Assembly: GCA_001606155.1 (NCBI GenBank)
Contig: LODT01000028.1
Span: forward strand, 470,735 to 534,734
DNA: 64,000 nucleotides
Direction of reading: 5' to 3'
Origin: Tieghemostelium lacteum
Lineage: Eukaryota
Positions 20,460 through 34,547 of the stretch are shown here, piece after piece. The translations under genes and the position numbers were made by a program. The stretch's first letter is position 1. Every line of letters begins with the position of its first letter. Under the pieces are notes generated by a model. That model was not told the origin of the DNA. It saw only the letters and a program-made list of their open reading frames with translations, and searched no databases.

Positions 20460-21878
20460 ATGCCAAGAGAAATTATATCTTTACATGTAGGACAATGTGG
20501 TAATCAAAGTATGAATTTGTAATAATATACCTATTAGGTCTAGAGATTGTATTTTTATATTAATTAATTGAAATGATATAAAGTTGGATCAGAGTTTTGG
20601 AAACAGTTATGTAAAGAACATGGGATCAACCCAAAAGGTTATTTAGAGGATTTTGCAGTACCTGGATTCGATAGAAAAGATGTATTTTTTTATCAATCAG
20701 ATGATGATCATTATGTACCTAGAGCATTACTTTTAGATTTGGAACCTGGTGTAATTGATACTATAAAGACTTCAGAATATGCCAACCTTTACAATAATGA
20801 AAATATATTTAAATCACCTTCTGGTGCAGGTTCAAATTGGGCAAATGGGTACAGTCAAGGTCAGAGTCTGAATGATACATTTATTGATATGATTGACAGA
20901 GAAGCAGACGGTTCGGAATCACTCGAAGGTTTTTGTATGACACATTCGATAAGTGGCGGTACTGGCAGTGGTATGGGAAGTTGTATACTAGAGATGTTAA
21001 ACGACAGGTACCCTAAGAAACTCATTCAAACCTATTCAGTATTCCCAGATGACAACCAAGTAGTACAACAATACAATTCACTATTGTCTCTAAAGAGACT
21101 TATATCTAATGTAGATTCCACAGTGGTTTTGGATAATACTGCTCTACATCGTATAACTGCTGAAACACTTCACATTGATCAACCTACTATCGATCAGACC
21201 AATTCATTAGTCTCTACAGTAATGTCAGCAAGTACCACAACACTCAGATACCCAGGTTACATGAATAACGATTTAGTTGGAATGTTGGCATCCTTGATTC
21301 CGTCACCTAAATGCCACTTTTTGATTACAGGTTACACACCACTTTCTATCGACAGACAAGTGGAGTCCGTTAGAAAAACCTCAGTTTTGGATGTAATGAG
21401 ACGTGTGTTGCAGCCACAAAATATCATGGTTTCAGCACCCACTAAAACTGGTAAATACATCTCAATGCTTAATATTATACAAGGTGATATCGATCCAACT
21501 GATATACACAATAGTTTACAGAGAATTAGAGAAAAGAGATTGGCAACATTTATTGATTGGGGTCCTGCTAGTATTCAAGTAGCTCTCTCTAGAAAATCAC
21601 CATATATTAAAACAACTCATAAGGTATCTGGACTGATGCTTGCTAATCACACTTCTGTACATCATTTGTTTTCTGATATTATCACTATCTATGATAAAGC
21701 TAGAAGCAGAAATGCATTCATTACCAACTATACTAAAGAATCTCAAAATATTTTACAGGAGTTTGATGATGCCAGAGAATGTGTAGTAGATCTCATCAAT
21801 GAATATAAAGCTGCTGAATCTTCAGATTATATAAACTATTCAATGAATAAGGATTTACATTACCAACAACAACCCTAA
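20460..21878 (+). CDS. tubC: Gamma-tubulin. Two exons: 20460..20508 and 20584..21878.
   Basis: Exon 1 [16 protein letters not shown] is the canonical tubulin N-terminus. A GTATGA donor at 20509 and an ...ATAAAG acceptor at 20583 (75-nt intron, phase 1) join to [61 protein letters not shown]..., which matches gamma-tubulin (EFWKQLC.EHGI). The length of about 447 aa fits. Confidence 0.85.
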
Positions 21879-22017
21879 TCAGAGGAGTGAAAAAAAAATA
21901 AATTGTTTAAATTATAATTTAGTGTACATAGTTTCAGGTTATTAAACCATGGTTTAATAATACATATAGTTTTCTGGTTTGGGGAGTATTAAGTGATCAT
22001 ATAATATTTGATTAATA

Positions 22018-22461
22018 TCATTGTGTAAAATGATTACCCAATATCAATTTCAGTGTAGTTAATTTGGTAAATTTAGATAGATCAAGTAACACTGTTGGTT
22101 CAGTGGGATTTCCAATTGGTTGAACATAGCTACCAACTATAAAAAATGATTCTACATTTGAAACGTTTTTATATGGGTAATCTTTTCGAATGACAGTTGA
22201 ATTGGTATATGCTAAATTTAATTGCTTTAAAGATGAAAACTTTTGTATATCCTCTATATTGGTGGTTATCACCGAATACACATTTTCAATTAAATGAGGA
22301 CAGGGAAAATTTTCATTTAATTGTGTCTTTACTTGAATGTATTTATACATTTCCTTTAATTTTTGGTATTTTTCCATATCTGCTATTGTGCCTATCACCA
22401 TACGGTCTTTAATGAATAGTTTAGATACAATATCTTTGAATACACTACAAACTAGTCTCAA
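22018..22461 (-). CDS. Hypothetical protein, partial model. The ORF continues upstream of the annotated TTG start, and its 5' exon is not resolved.
   Basis: Open frame with no recognisable domain. The frame stays open to about 22600 on the minus strand with no in-frame ATG, which suggests an unresolved upstream exon. Confidence 0.3.
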   Translation of the reverse strand: MRLVCSVFKDIVSKLFIKDRMVIGTIADMEKYQKLKEMYKYIQVKTQLNENFPCPHLIENVYSVITTNIEDIQKFSSLKQLNLAYTNSTVIRKDYPYKNVSNVESFFIVGSYVQPIGNPTEPTVLLDLSKFTKLTTLKLILGNHFTQ

Positions 22462-22728
22462 AGTATTTAAATATCTCCATAATTCTATTTTAAATGGAAA
22501 GAATGGTTTGTTTTTAAACCTTTCACTATATCCTACAAAAAGTTTTTTAATAGTGAATGGTGCAAGTTCTCTTTGGGTTTTTTAATCTCTCCAAATTTTA
22601 TAGAAATCATAAATAGAATTAGTTCTTAATTGACTAATATTATAATCAAAAATCTTTGATAGTATAAGGTGCGGCAAAATTTAAAAACTATTAAAAATTA
22701 AAAAAAATTTTATATTAATTAATATCTT

Positions 22729-24172
22729 ATGGACATCAAACATATAAATGATTGTAAAAAAGCTATTACAATTCAAATTCATGATTCAAAATACATTCCA
22801 GATAAACTTGTGGGATTGCAAGAATCTATTAACACACTAAACCAATTATTAGAAGAGATTATTCATCGTAAAAAGATGTGTGTTAAATTAATTACAGGTG
22901 CAAAAGGATGTGGTAAATCAACTGTAAGAATGACCAATTATTATAATATTACTTAGAATGAAAATAGAATTGACATATCAGTGTGTTTATATTTCAAATA
23001 AAATAGCTTTTTAGGTATTGTCTAAATAATTTCAGTGAAAGTAGCTATTCATTAATCGATATATCAGGTCTAAGATATTACAGTGACTATAAGACATTAA
23101 AAACAATTATCAGTGATTTAGAGTTACCTAAACCACCAAAATCCAAAGACACACCTAGTATGTTAAAGTATATAAAAGAGCAATTAGGTAAAGATTCAGC
23201 AGTACTCTCAAACACACAACTGAAACAAAAGAAATCCATTATTGTATTAGTAGATGATTTTGAGTTTCTTACACTACAGAACTCTAGATTATTCTTTTTA
23301 TATAATTTAATGGACTTACTACATTATAGGAATGTATGTTTATCATTCATCTGTATATCAACACCATATGATGTTGTAAATTCATTTGAAAAGAGAGTCA
23401 AATCTAGATTCAATCAGTTACCACTTAAAGTAAATCCACCTTCTACATTTGACTTCATTTGTGAGATAGTACACAATTCCATGACCATTCAACAAAAGAC
23501 ATTACAATATGGTAAATTAACAATATCAGATCGATTAGTTAAACTTTGGAATGATAACGTAACTCTTTTAATGAGAGATAAAGACTTTTTAACACAACTA
23601 GAATTCCACTATCGTTTATCAAATTCCATTTCCTATTTTCATTTAATTATTGTAAGTTTAAATTAGTTTACTTTCTAATTAGAAAATATTCTAACAAAGA
23701 TTATATATATTACTTATTTTAGTCAAAAACATTAAAGTTTATTGATGTGGATAATCCAGTTTTAACAGTAAATATACTAAAAGAAGCAATGAAAGAAATC
23801 TCTAGAAATACAAATGAAGATATTCTTTATAAAATATCAATTTTAGAATTTACACTACTTGGATGTATATTAAAATCAATGGAAAGTAAATCATTTCATC
23901 AACCTATACTGTTTATTGATTTATTTGAAAAGGAATATAAAAAATATGCTACCTCTTATTATAATGCCACTGAAGGTTTAGATAAACATTCATGTCTTTG
24001 TGCTATTGAAAATCTAATACATTTAGGTATGCTAGTAATACATGGTTCTCAAAATGGTGAATATACTCAATTCTATTTGAAAATTGACCCAGAAGATATC
24101 TTTCAAGTTGCACAAAATAGAGATGACTGTCCAACAGCTCTACAAAAATATATATGTTCATGGTTAGAATAA
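22729..24172 (+). CDS. AAA+ ATPase, probably origin recognition complex subunit 4 (ORC4-like). Three exons: 22729..22923, 23007..23651, 23723..24172.
   Basis: Walker A is LITGAKGCGKST and Walker B is SIIVLVDDFEFL, followed by a C-terminal winged-helix-like region. A GTAAGA donor at 22924 and an AAATAG acceptor at 23006 give intron 1. A GTAAGT donor at 23652 and a TTATTTTAG acceptor at 23722 give intron 2. All junctions are phase 0, and the length of about 429 aa suits ORC4. Confidence 0.5.
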
Positions 24173-24268
24173 TTATCGAAAGAAATAAATAGCTTTTGTT
24201 TTTTCTATTCTCTCTCTGCTCCTATTTATTCGTATATGCAATTATTGTATTATTATGCGTGTTTAGTT

Positions 24269-25366
24269 TTATAGTAACATAGATTCAGGATTAGAGATAT
24301 ATTTCTTAAAGGTATCTAAAAATTTGGCAGCAATTTCGTCAGTGAATACTCTGTTGTCACCTGATAGTGTTACATCCATGATATCTATAATTTGTGGTTT
24401 GGCAGCTTCTGATGTTGCCAATAGACTGTCTAGTTTATCTAGATCTGCAGTTGTAAATTGTTGATTTTTAATGACTCTTCTTCCGGTACCTATAGCCAAA
24501 ATACCAGCTTGTGGATAGTTAATGATGGCATTGAAATGTGTGATACCAAACATACCAAGATTAGATACAGAGAATGTACCACCAATGAATTGTTCTGGTT
24601 TTAGTTTACTGTCTCTGGCTGCTATTGCTAGTTCTTTGGATTCTTTTGAAATGTCACCCAGTTGTTTGGTGTTAGTGTTTTTGATTATTGGTGTAATGAG
24701 TCCTCTGTCGGTGGAGACTGCAAATGATACATCTACAGTGGGATTCAATTGAATCTCTTGTGTAGTTTCGTTCCATTTGGCATTAGCCTCTGGACAATCT
24801 TTTAGAGCTAATGCAACAGCTCTTAGTACAAAATCATTAACTGATACTTTTAAAGGTAAGAGTTTTTGTCTGAGTGATAAGACTTTACTGATATCACATT
24901 CCACTGTCATATAGAGATGTGGAATGATATGTTTACTCTGAGTTAATTTAGTTGCTATTACTTTTCTAATGTTATTATGTGGAATATCTTCAAATTTAAC
25001 TGTTGAACCTGCTCTTTTTTCATTTTCTTTATCTACCTGGAAAACTTTACTAGTTGTAGCTGTAGCTGTAGTTGTTGATGATGCTGTTGTACTACTTTGT
25101 AAAGTTCTAGAATCTATTGGTTTTAAATTCTTTGATTGAATATATGAAAGAATGTCTCCTTTTAAAAGACGACTCTGTGGTCCTGTTGGTTTAATCTCTG
25201 ATACATTTACAATATTGTAATCAGATAGTAATCTTCTAACTGATGGAAATAAATATTCAGGTAAAGAAGAACTACTAGAAGAAAAAAATCTTTTTCCTAT
25301 AATTTGATTCATTTCCTTTGTATTTGAAGGTGTATATCCCCAATTATATTTGAAGTTTGATGTCAA
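24269..25366 (-). CDS. Dihydrolipoamide acyltransferase (E2) / E3-binding-protein-like component of a 2-oxoacid dehydrogenase complex. It has a peripheral subunit-binding domain and a catalytic-type domain, but no lipoyl domain, and the catalytic His is replaced (DNR).
   Basis: The PSBD-like segment is PSVRRLLSDYNIVNVSEIKPTGPQSRLLKGDILSYI. The 2-oxoacid dehydrogenase acyltransferase core is GGTFSVSNLGMFGITHFNAIINYPQAGILAIG. The C-terminus SGDNRVFTDEIAAKFLDTFKKYISNPESMLL aligns with the SxDHRxxDG motif, but with Asn in place of His, as in the E3BP/protein X family. Confidence 0.7.
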   Translation of the reverse strand: MTSNFKYNWGYTPSNTKEMNQIIGKRFFSSSSSSLPEYLFPSVRRLLSDYNIVNVSEIKPTGPQSRLLKGDILSYIQSKNLKPIDSRTLQSSTTASSTTTATATTSKVFQVDKENEKRAGSTVKFEDIPHNNIRKVIATKLTQSKHIIPHLYMTVECDISKVLSLRQKLLPLKVSVNDFVLRAVALALKDCPEANAKWNETTQEIQLNPTVDVSFAVSTDRGLITPIIKNTNTKQLGDISKESKELAIAARDSKLKPEQFIGGTFSVSNLGMFGITHFNAIINYPQAGILAIGTGRRVIKNQQFTTADLDKLDSLLATSEAAKPQIIDIMDVTLSGDNRVFTDEIAAKFLDTFKKYISNPESMLL

Positions 25367-25477
25367 AAAATAAAAAAAAAAAAATAAAAAATCAAAAGGG
25401 AACTGAGAGTTTTGGTTAAAGTTATAAATTAACTTATAAAATTTTATTGTAACATTGTTTAAAGTACTTTAGGAATT

Positions 25478-28400
25478 TTATGTACTTCTTGATAAACTGT
25501 TTTTAAGCATTTTATCTAATTTTCTTTTTTTATAATACCAAATGCCTACAACTACTAAACATATAGCAACGACACCAGCAATAGTGCAAACGACTGGAAT
25601 TAGCCATTTTCTTTCTTTTTTCTTCTCACATAAATGTTGAGATTCAGATTCACTTTGATAATCTGGATTTAAAAGTACAGAGAAATTGGGGTCAATTTCG
25701 ACAATTTTGTAGAAATGTGGTACATTTACACCAACAAGACTGGAGGATGTTATATTACCACCTAGTGTGATATCACCACCTGTAACTACATTGTTAATGA
25801 GTACTTGACGACCATCTACCATGGCACGGTTTCCGAATTTACCGTAGACTGTGTAGTTACCTTGTGAGATCTTAATCCAACGGATATCATCTGCACCTGT
25901 ACCTTCACCGATCTGAGTCTGATTGAATCCAGAACAGAATGTTTCATCTTGAACTTGAGTTGCTAACTCTGATTTTATAATTAATTGACCAGTGTTTAAT
26001 TGAGATTTCCAGGGGTAGTTGGTGATATTAACAGAGTATTTCAAACCGTTTGGAGGAAGAGTGTCATCTTGACCAGCGAATTTAACGATAGTTTCTATCT
26101 TGAAGACTTGTAAGAGAACTGTAATGTTGGAACTTGGTGAGATTTTACTAGTGTAGAAGAAGTTGTCAGAGACATCGGAACTTGATTGAGTGTAGGTCCA
26201 GTTTGTGAAGATATTGGCTGTTACAACGGAACCATCTACGCCAATTTCATTGAATCCTGCAATGGAGATTGCCATGAGAGTTGAGATATCTTCATTAGTA
26301 CTGTTTGGAGTGATGATTATACCGGGACTGGTGGTATTGGGATTGGTTGGTGAGTCAATGGTTTGTTGATTACAAGTCTCGCCGGACCATCTTCCAGTAC
26401 AGTAACAGGTACCTGCAAGACATGTACCATGACCTGAACATGTTGGACTACTGCATGGGGTTGTTGGTGGATCGTTGTATGCGAATTTATTAATACCATC
26501 AACAGATGATAAACCATCAACAGTTACAACAACATTTTTGAGAACATTGCTAGATTCAGTTGCTTTTAAGTTACATAGAATATCAGTGTGGTTTACAAAT
26601 AATGGGGTGCAGATAACACCACCAATGAGAATAGATATCATTTGTGAGTTTGTTGAAACACCAAAGTTTGAACCTTGGATAGCTACATTACCACCAATTG
26701 GTAGAACACTGGTAGTAGACTCAATGGATGGAATTTGGTAAGAGTATACAACAATATTGGTGTTCTTGTTGTTGGAAGTACCAATTACATCTACAATACC
26801 AGTACCATTGCCAATGGTACAAGAAATTAGATTGGAGTTTACAAAGGTAAGGTCTTGGCAGTTTACTCCATCAACTTGGATCTTGGTTTGTGGTGCATCG
26901 ATAAAGTTTTCAACAGTGAAATAGGCTGTTCCACCGGTAGTTGGAACAGGAGTGAATGAGACAAATAGTGGGTTGGCACTATCAATAATAGTTAAAGTCT
27001 GACATTTGAAACAACTATTGTAGTTACCATTGACATCAGAGACTGATTTAACGTGGATGTAGTAGAGTCCAGTTGGGTAGTCTTCAGTTACACAAGTGTA
27101 GGTATAAACCATTCCATTTTGACTGGCAACTTGACATTCAATGATTGGAATAAAGTTTTGAGTGGAATGTTGAATCCATACTACTGGGTTGTCTTGAAGT
27201 GCTGAGTTATCATTGATAGTTGCAGTTACAGTTACAGATGTTGGTGGATTAACAGCAAGATCAATAAGAGACTGGGATAGTGAAACTGATTGAACTTCTG
27301 GTAGAATTTTATCAAGAGTAGATGCAGCATTGATGGTAATAACAGTTGGAATAAATGTTGGTGGATAGCTTATAATATTTCCATTGTTATCTTGTACATT
27401 TACAACACTTGCATAGAATTTAGTATTTTGAGCAATACCAGCATTGAAAGTGAACTGTGCTTGGAAATTGGCAAGTAAAGTGTTACCAGATACTCTATCA
27501 GCATATTGTAAATTAACATATTTGTAGATATTGGTGGATGTATTGAGATAAATTGTCAATGAGTTAATACCACTTGCATCATCTGCAATTTGTGCTGATA
27601 TTGTGATGGTTTGTGGGAATGAGGTGACTGAGTTAGAACTGGCACTTAGGGATACCAATGTAGGTGCTACAGCATCACCACTATTTGGAGAGACAATTTG
27701 AACAAATGTTGGAGTGAATCCAGCAGCTGCCAAGGAATCTGGTGTTACCAATTTAGTATTTCCAGAGAAATCAGAAACTATAACATAAATCCAGAAGTCT
27801 CCACCAAAGAAGTATTGTGGTAATACAAAGTTACAATTGACAATAGCAGCAAGTGTACCGTTTTGTGGATAGGTTTGTATGGATCTAAAGTATTGTAATG
27901 GGTTAACAATTTCAGTTTGATTGTCTGGTGTAAGAATCATTTCAACGGATTGGATACCTGATTTGTCATCAGTTACTGAAATGGAAATTTGATTGAGAGA
28001 TGTCCAATCGGATTGTGAGAGTGCATTGACAACTGGAGGAGTGACATCAACTTGAGATCTAATGGTAAGAAAGCATTCATAACCCTTCATGAATATATTG
28101 TCATAGGTAAAGTTTCTTTCACCTAGGTAAGAGAAGGTGTATACATTGATTGTCCAGTTACCTTCATTGGCATATATTGGGATGGTTACTGGGGCTGACC
28201 ATGTTCCATCGTAGTAAGTTCCAAAAGTGTTTTTCAAAGGGAATGTAAATTGTTGGTTAAGTCCAACTAGGAATACAGAGACCTCGTATAATCTGACACC
28301 AGAAGTCAATTGTACACTAATAGTAATAGATGTACCGGAACTTATGTTATACTGGTTATTTAGAATTTCAACACCTTCTAACATTATAGGTTCATAATCT

Positions 28401-30277
28401 AGATAGTTTTGGTCGTAGTTTACAACAGTGGAATACATTTGATTTGGACCACTCTCATTTCCACTAAATGGCATTAAAATGGAGCTTACACCTTGTACTC
28501 TATGATATTCAGGATAGACAAAAGTTCTACCTACAACACCATCACAAGCAGTGCCACTAACAAGATCATAGAAATTACTGAGTGTAGTTGAGAGTTGAGA
28601 GGTAATCAATTTTGGAGACTGATAAAGAAGATGAGATTCAAATTGACATGTACTATCAATGAAATTAATGAAAACCTCTTGAGTTTGTGGAGTTGTAAGA
28701 TCAATAGTTGAAGGTGGGTTATAGGCAATAGATGGGTGATATGGTAACATTTCATCAGCAGGACTTGGTGTGTAATCATAGAAAACATCAAAGAAATTGT
28801 GGTTATAGTCAAATACACGAATTGGAACTTGTGCAAGAGAAACAGATTTACCTAAAAGTACTTGAAATTCTGCATTTTGAGGAGTACCACTAAGACGTTG
28901 ATTTACCAAATACTCTTGCTCGTTTCCAAAGAATCCAAAGTTGACAACTATTTTAGAGATACCAGATTCAGCATCAGAAGTTGTGATGGAAATGAGTTGT
29001 GGGTTTACAGGGTTAGGTGTAATTGAGGCTGTTGGAGGTGTGGTATCAAAGTAGTATGGTCTATAGACTGAAACCATACCACATGACAATTGAATGTATT
29101 CAAAATATGGGTTATAGATTAGGAATGTACAGTTATAGTTTGCTTCAACAGTGGCATCAATATCAAAACTAAAGCTTACACCATCATTGGATTCTGGGAT
29201 TGCAAATCTCTTAAATTGAGCATAGAAAGTGTCAGTTGAATTGTCTAATGGCTCTAATTTAAGCATTACACCATCAAGAGGACCATTGAAATTTAAGATA
29301 TTCAAATTGGCAAACATTGGTTTTTGAGTTGACCATGATAATGGAATACTTTGGGTACTGAAATAGTATTCCAAATTCTGTGAAGTTGGTAGAGGATAAT
29401 TTGGAGTGGTATTTGGTTTGTTTTGGAAAGATATTGGCCATTCGAGTGATTCTAAATCCAATGTATCAAAAGCCTTGGCAGCACCATTGGAAAGTGAGAT
29501 ACCAATACTCTCAATATGGTAGGTACCTGGAACATTAAAAAAGTTATTGTAACCACGATAGTTTGTAATCATGTCTTGGTGGAATACAATATTACTGTCA
29601 GTCAAGGAGATAGAAACCTTCTGACCACCATTAGGTGGAATAATAGTAATCCAAGCATTATTAATGAGAATTTCACATGCAACACTAAGTTCAAAAATCA
29701 TTGGATTGAGGTAATCTGTGAAATCTACTTGATCTGGGAAGCTAAAGTCCAAAATATGGACTTGTTCATCTGGTTTATGTACAGTGATAAAAGGGTTAAA
29801 TCCCTTTGCGGTGATGTCGGATGGGGAAATGGTGGAATTTTGTACACCATCAATGGCGATGCTAATTGTTACAGATGATTTACCAGAGATATCTCTTGGA
29901 AAGATATCAAATTGGTAATTTAAAGATGTTGTTGTTGAATTACCTAGCAGATTAAATGATGATATCATTCTATTATTAATTCCACCAGATTCGTCATTTA
30001 AGACCATATTCAATACAATGTATTTTGCGCATTCTGTTATTGTTACTTGACTACTACACAATGTAATTGGATCAATAGATAGTGATACTAATCCCTGTTC
30101 ATAATGTTGTTGAATATTAAAAATTCTAGGTTCAATATCAAATGAAATTAATTGTCCTACATTAATTATTTAAATATTAATAATCATTTGAAATTTCCAT
30201 AATTCAATATCAGGATATATACCATTAATTTTAATTAATATTAAAAATATTAAAAATATTGAGAATTTTGTTAACAT
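25478..30277 (-). CDS. Large type-I membrane protein with multiple IPT/TIG-like Ig-fold repeats and a Cys-rich EGF/laminin-EGF-like module. Tgr/tiger-like cell-surface adhesion family. Two exons: 30223..30277 and 25478..30156.
   Basis: Exon 1 is the signal peptide MLTKFSIFLIFLILIKIN(G). A GTATAT donor and an AATGTAG acceptor (66-nt intron, phase 1) join it to the 4.6-kb ORF. TIG-like units include VDGVNCQDLTFVNSNLISCTIGNGTG.... An EGF-like block reads CSSPTCSGHGTCLAGTCYCTGRWSGETC. A single TM helix LIPVVCTIAGVVAICLVVVGIWYY is followed by KKRK. Confidence 0.75.
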
Positions 30278-30946
30278 TTTTTATGATTATGTGTATGTTC
30301 TGAGTGGACAGTGTGCAGGAACAATCAACAATGATGTGAATAAAAATTTTAAAAAAAAAACTGTTTATGATTGATAACACATCCTTATAAGCCAGATCTC
30401 AAAAACCCCGATTCATGATATTATTTTCAGATATTTCAGTAAAAATCAATCCGAATAATTAAAAAATTTTTTTTTTTTGAGGTTTTTATAGCAAAAGGTA
30501 CCATTAGCTCTCTGATGACGAGTAATCTTTGCACTTGATTCAATTTTTATGTGAAAAATAACCCTCTACAATATAACATTTTATTTATCTTCTAAAAATT
30601 ATTAAATATCTACAAAAAGGGTTTTAATAACTACAAAGGCACAAACAACAAAAAGATTATATCAAAAAGAAGGGAAAGCTAAATATACCACATAATTATA
30701 AGTAGACAGAATAGTTTGTATGTTTCTGTTTTTTTTGTAGAGTCCTCATATGATGCTCAAATACCTAATTTTTAATTTAAAAAAAAAATATCTATTTTTG
30801 TTAATAATAATGATCTATTTGTTTATATAATCAATATTAAAAATACTATCTCTTATACATTGAGAGTTATATAATGATTTTTTTTGGGTTATACTTTTTT
30901 TGAACAATGGGTTTGGGTTGTAAATTCAATGAAATAAGATATTAAT

Positions 30947-33900
30947 TTATTTTAAAATGGGTTGTGTTCCAAAACAGAAGGCATTCATGTAGGTAATGTA
31001 AAATAATAAATTTCTACCGGGTATTGATGCTTCATTTTCTACATTGAAGCATGTATATTTTCTTGATGGAGAATATTTTGTGAGATCATTGGTTTGAGTG
31101 TACACAAAAGTGTTGTACAGTGAGGGGTTTTGGTTGAAATTGTATAATTGTTGTACTAGTACTGCTGGGTTCTGATGGTTATAGGGAATAATGGAAATGT
31201 AAATTTGTTTGAATCCATCAAATGGGTATTGAATTGCAAAGGCTGGGTTAAGTTCTAGTGGAATAGTTCTTGCAAAGTTTTTAGCGTCGTAGGGTATGAT
31301 GATATTGTATTGGGTGTACATGGCACGAATAACAAGTTTAGAGTAGAGGAATGGTATAGGCGGAATCAAAACTAGAACTTTAGAAGTATAGGGTTTGTAG
31401 TAGAGTGTTGATACATTGTTTTTAAAGATATTGTAGTATCCATCATAAGGGTTGCTAATGAGGAAATAGTTGGTGTTACTTTTTATGATATTTTGGAGAT
31501 CGGTATTGGATGTGGTTATTTTCCATTTACTGTCTGTTGGTAGACGACTGCTTACAAATTCAGAGTTGATCCATGTTGAGAATGGACATGTATAGAGAGG
31601 CCATGTAACTGTTGAATTACAAGTCGATGGTGAGGAACCAACTGGACAATCTCTACTTTCAAATGAAGTATTCACGAATGTGTAAGTGGATGTTAGACAT
31701 TTTGTGAATTTAACTCTACTGTTGTAAGCTTGAGCAAAGTTATATCTTTCAACTAGAATTCCATCTTGTTCTCTTTCAATATACACAGGACTGTATGGAA
31801 TGGATTGAGTGTAAAATGTGGTAGATGTAGGAGGTATCCATTGAAATATATAGTTAGATGAGGTGAATGGCTTATCAAGTTTCTTGGAATTTGCTAGTTT
31901 ATAATAAAGTACTTCAGCTTGTGTCCATAGATCGATTATAGATGCACCTTGTGATGTCTTCCATTCTTGTGGAATAATGGATCTTATAGGTGCCAATTGT
32001 TGGTTGATAGGAACAGGTAAGAGATCAATAGTTTTGGCAAATTCACCAAATGTTGATACACCACCTTCAGTAGGTCCATAAGATCCACTTTGTCCACCAA
32101 TGACAATAATAGTGCTTCTAGTAGATTGACTTGAGAATTGTTGCATTTTAGATTCTGCAGTATTGGTAGTTGTAGTGGTTTCATAACTTCCAGAAGCTTG
32201 GAAGGTAGGTGATCTAGCTGACATTGCAAATGAATAGGTTGCAGATTCGGATACCTCTACGGAAGACATGGTTTCTTCAGTACTAGAGTCCATGACAGTA
32301 ATCTGCGATAGCTTACCTCCAAGTTTAGCAGAAAGTGTATAATGAGTACCATACTTTCTAATAAGGTTTAAGAATCCATTAACATTGGTCTCCCTAGCCA
32401 TGTCTTGAATGAAATTTGGATGGAAACTGTATCCGTTGAGTCTAACCTGTGAAGATGTGCATTCTAGTGAAGTCTCAATGATTCTACCTGATCTCGATCT
32501 TTTAAGACTTGATGCCTGGTCCACCGATTTATCTCTTGAGAAACTTGCAGAAGCTTCACCTCCAATCTTATTACCTGCACCTGCAGAAGCTTCATACTCA
32601 ACACTTGATGATTGCGATTTTGATTTTTGAAGATCACTAGCATTGGAATGGAATTCATTGGTAGTTGTAAATGCACACTTTGGTAGTGGGACAACGGAGA
32701 GTTCTTTAGGATACTCAAAGAATGCTTCTCGGAATGTATCTTCAATGATATTCACATCTTTTCCATCACAAAAACCAAAATAGAATATAGGTAAATCAGC
32801 TTGATCACCAGATACTATATCAGTACCGAATGCTAAATGTTGGTATCCTGGAAGTCTCCAAATGAATTGGTTACTCAATAGACTACCCATAGTATCCGAT
32901 TCAACACTTATGCCAGGCACCAAACTACCTTTTCTAACAGTCAAAGGTGCACATCTCTCAGTTATAAATCTATGGCAATCAACTATACATTCGTTAGGAA
33001 CTTCATCGCAAAAGCCATTACCACAAGTTCCCATAGTGACATTCACTGGAGCATCATCGAATCTTCCCATACCACTCTCTTTATCTGATTTACAGGATTG
33101 TTCTCCTATATCATATACACCATCACCACATATATTCTTTGAGAAAAATGTGATATCAAAAGGCTTATAGTTTTTAGTATCCAATTCAGAGAATTCCAAA
33201 GAAAATACTCTATCTAGACCACCAGCACTATTCTTCATATTGGTATACTCCAAAATGAATTCATTCACTACATCTGATATTATATATTGTGATGTTTCTA
33301 AAGTGTTTACTTGACCACTTGAAGTTGATGCATAGAAATCTAGAATTTTCTTTCTGTTTACAGTCAATTTAAACCCCAGGTTCTTGGACAGTATTCTAAA
33401 GTGTAGCTTAATATCATAAGGAATCTTAAAATAGCCCTTTAGAGTACCAGTTATTTTACCATCACTCTTCTCAAATACAGTTATATTAGAAGCGAGTATT
33501 TGGGGTGATGTAACACATTGGCTATCTAGACATTCACTTCTTAGAAACCCATTAAAGTATATGGATTTACAATCTGATGGACATGAAAAGTAATTTTCAG
33601 AAACTACATCACAAACTCCATTATTGTTACAAGTATTTTTAGCTATGGAATAGGATTTTGGTGAACATAATGTTCTACCGGTGATACTATGTACAACTCT
33701 ACTGTCACCACGACAATCAATTACCCAATTAGCAGAGGTAATGTTATCAAATGTTATTGTAGAATCTTTAGAATAAATATCATTATTGTAAAGAGTATCA
33801 ATTGAGTTCTCTAAAATGACTTTTTTGTTGTTGGTCATTACTAGTGAATCTGTAATTTCAATAGTAGATTTATAAGAGTAGATAGCAGCACCATTAGTTC

Positions 33901-34547
33901 TAGCAGTATTGTTATTGAATATACATTGACTTAAAGTCACTCTAGAGTTCACAGTTTGTAAAGTACCTTTTTCACTCTTACAATTATTCATTGTAACCGA
34001 ATTTAAGTTTACCAAACTATTTTGAATTGAAATTGCACTACCTGAATCACCTACACAATTATTCACTATAAAGCTATTCAATAGTGCTAAATTAACATTC
34101 TTTAACAGGAATAGTCTACCAAATCCCTCACAATCAAATGTAACTATAGTTGTAATTGTAACTGGTCTAAAAATAATATTAGTATATTTTACCGTTTATA
34201 ACCATTTTAATATCTTGAGGTTCTTATAAATACTTTAAAATTACAGGATAATCAATTAAAATCTCTTTATTATCAATACCAGTGTAAGTTCCATTTGATA
34301 ATAGTATTTCAATTGGTGTGATTTCATTGCTCTTTGAATTTGTTATTGCACTCTTTAAATTATTGTATGGTGTTGATATTGTTCCACATCCAGTCTCACA
34401 AGCAGGAGACGAAGGATTTACATATACCTGTCCTATTAATTTATTTTTAAGTGTAAGATTTTTGCAATAACCTATAGGATATATTTAATAAATACCATTT
34501 ACTATAATAAATAGAGATAATATTATAACAATAAGTAAAGCTTTCAT
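30947..34547 (-). CDS. Secreted MACPF-domain (perforin/C9-like pore-forming) protein. Its N-terminus carries a parallel beta-helix (Pmp/PbH1-type) repeat region and a Cys-rich module. Three exons: 34496..34547, 34234..34432, 30947..34166.
   Basis: The signal peptide exon is MKALLIVIILSLFIIVN(G). Introns are GTATTT...TAATAG (63 nt) and GTATTT...TTTTTAG (67 nt). FxxN/GGAI-like repeats are present (CIFNNNTARTNGAAIYS). The MACPF signature is IRKYGTHYTLSAKLGGKL, matching Y-G-T-H-Y-x6-G-G. It is flanked by Ser/Thr/Ala-rich amphipathic stretches that resemble the CH1/CH2 helix clusters. Confidence 0.75.
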
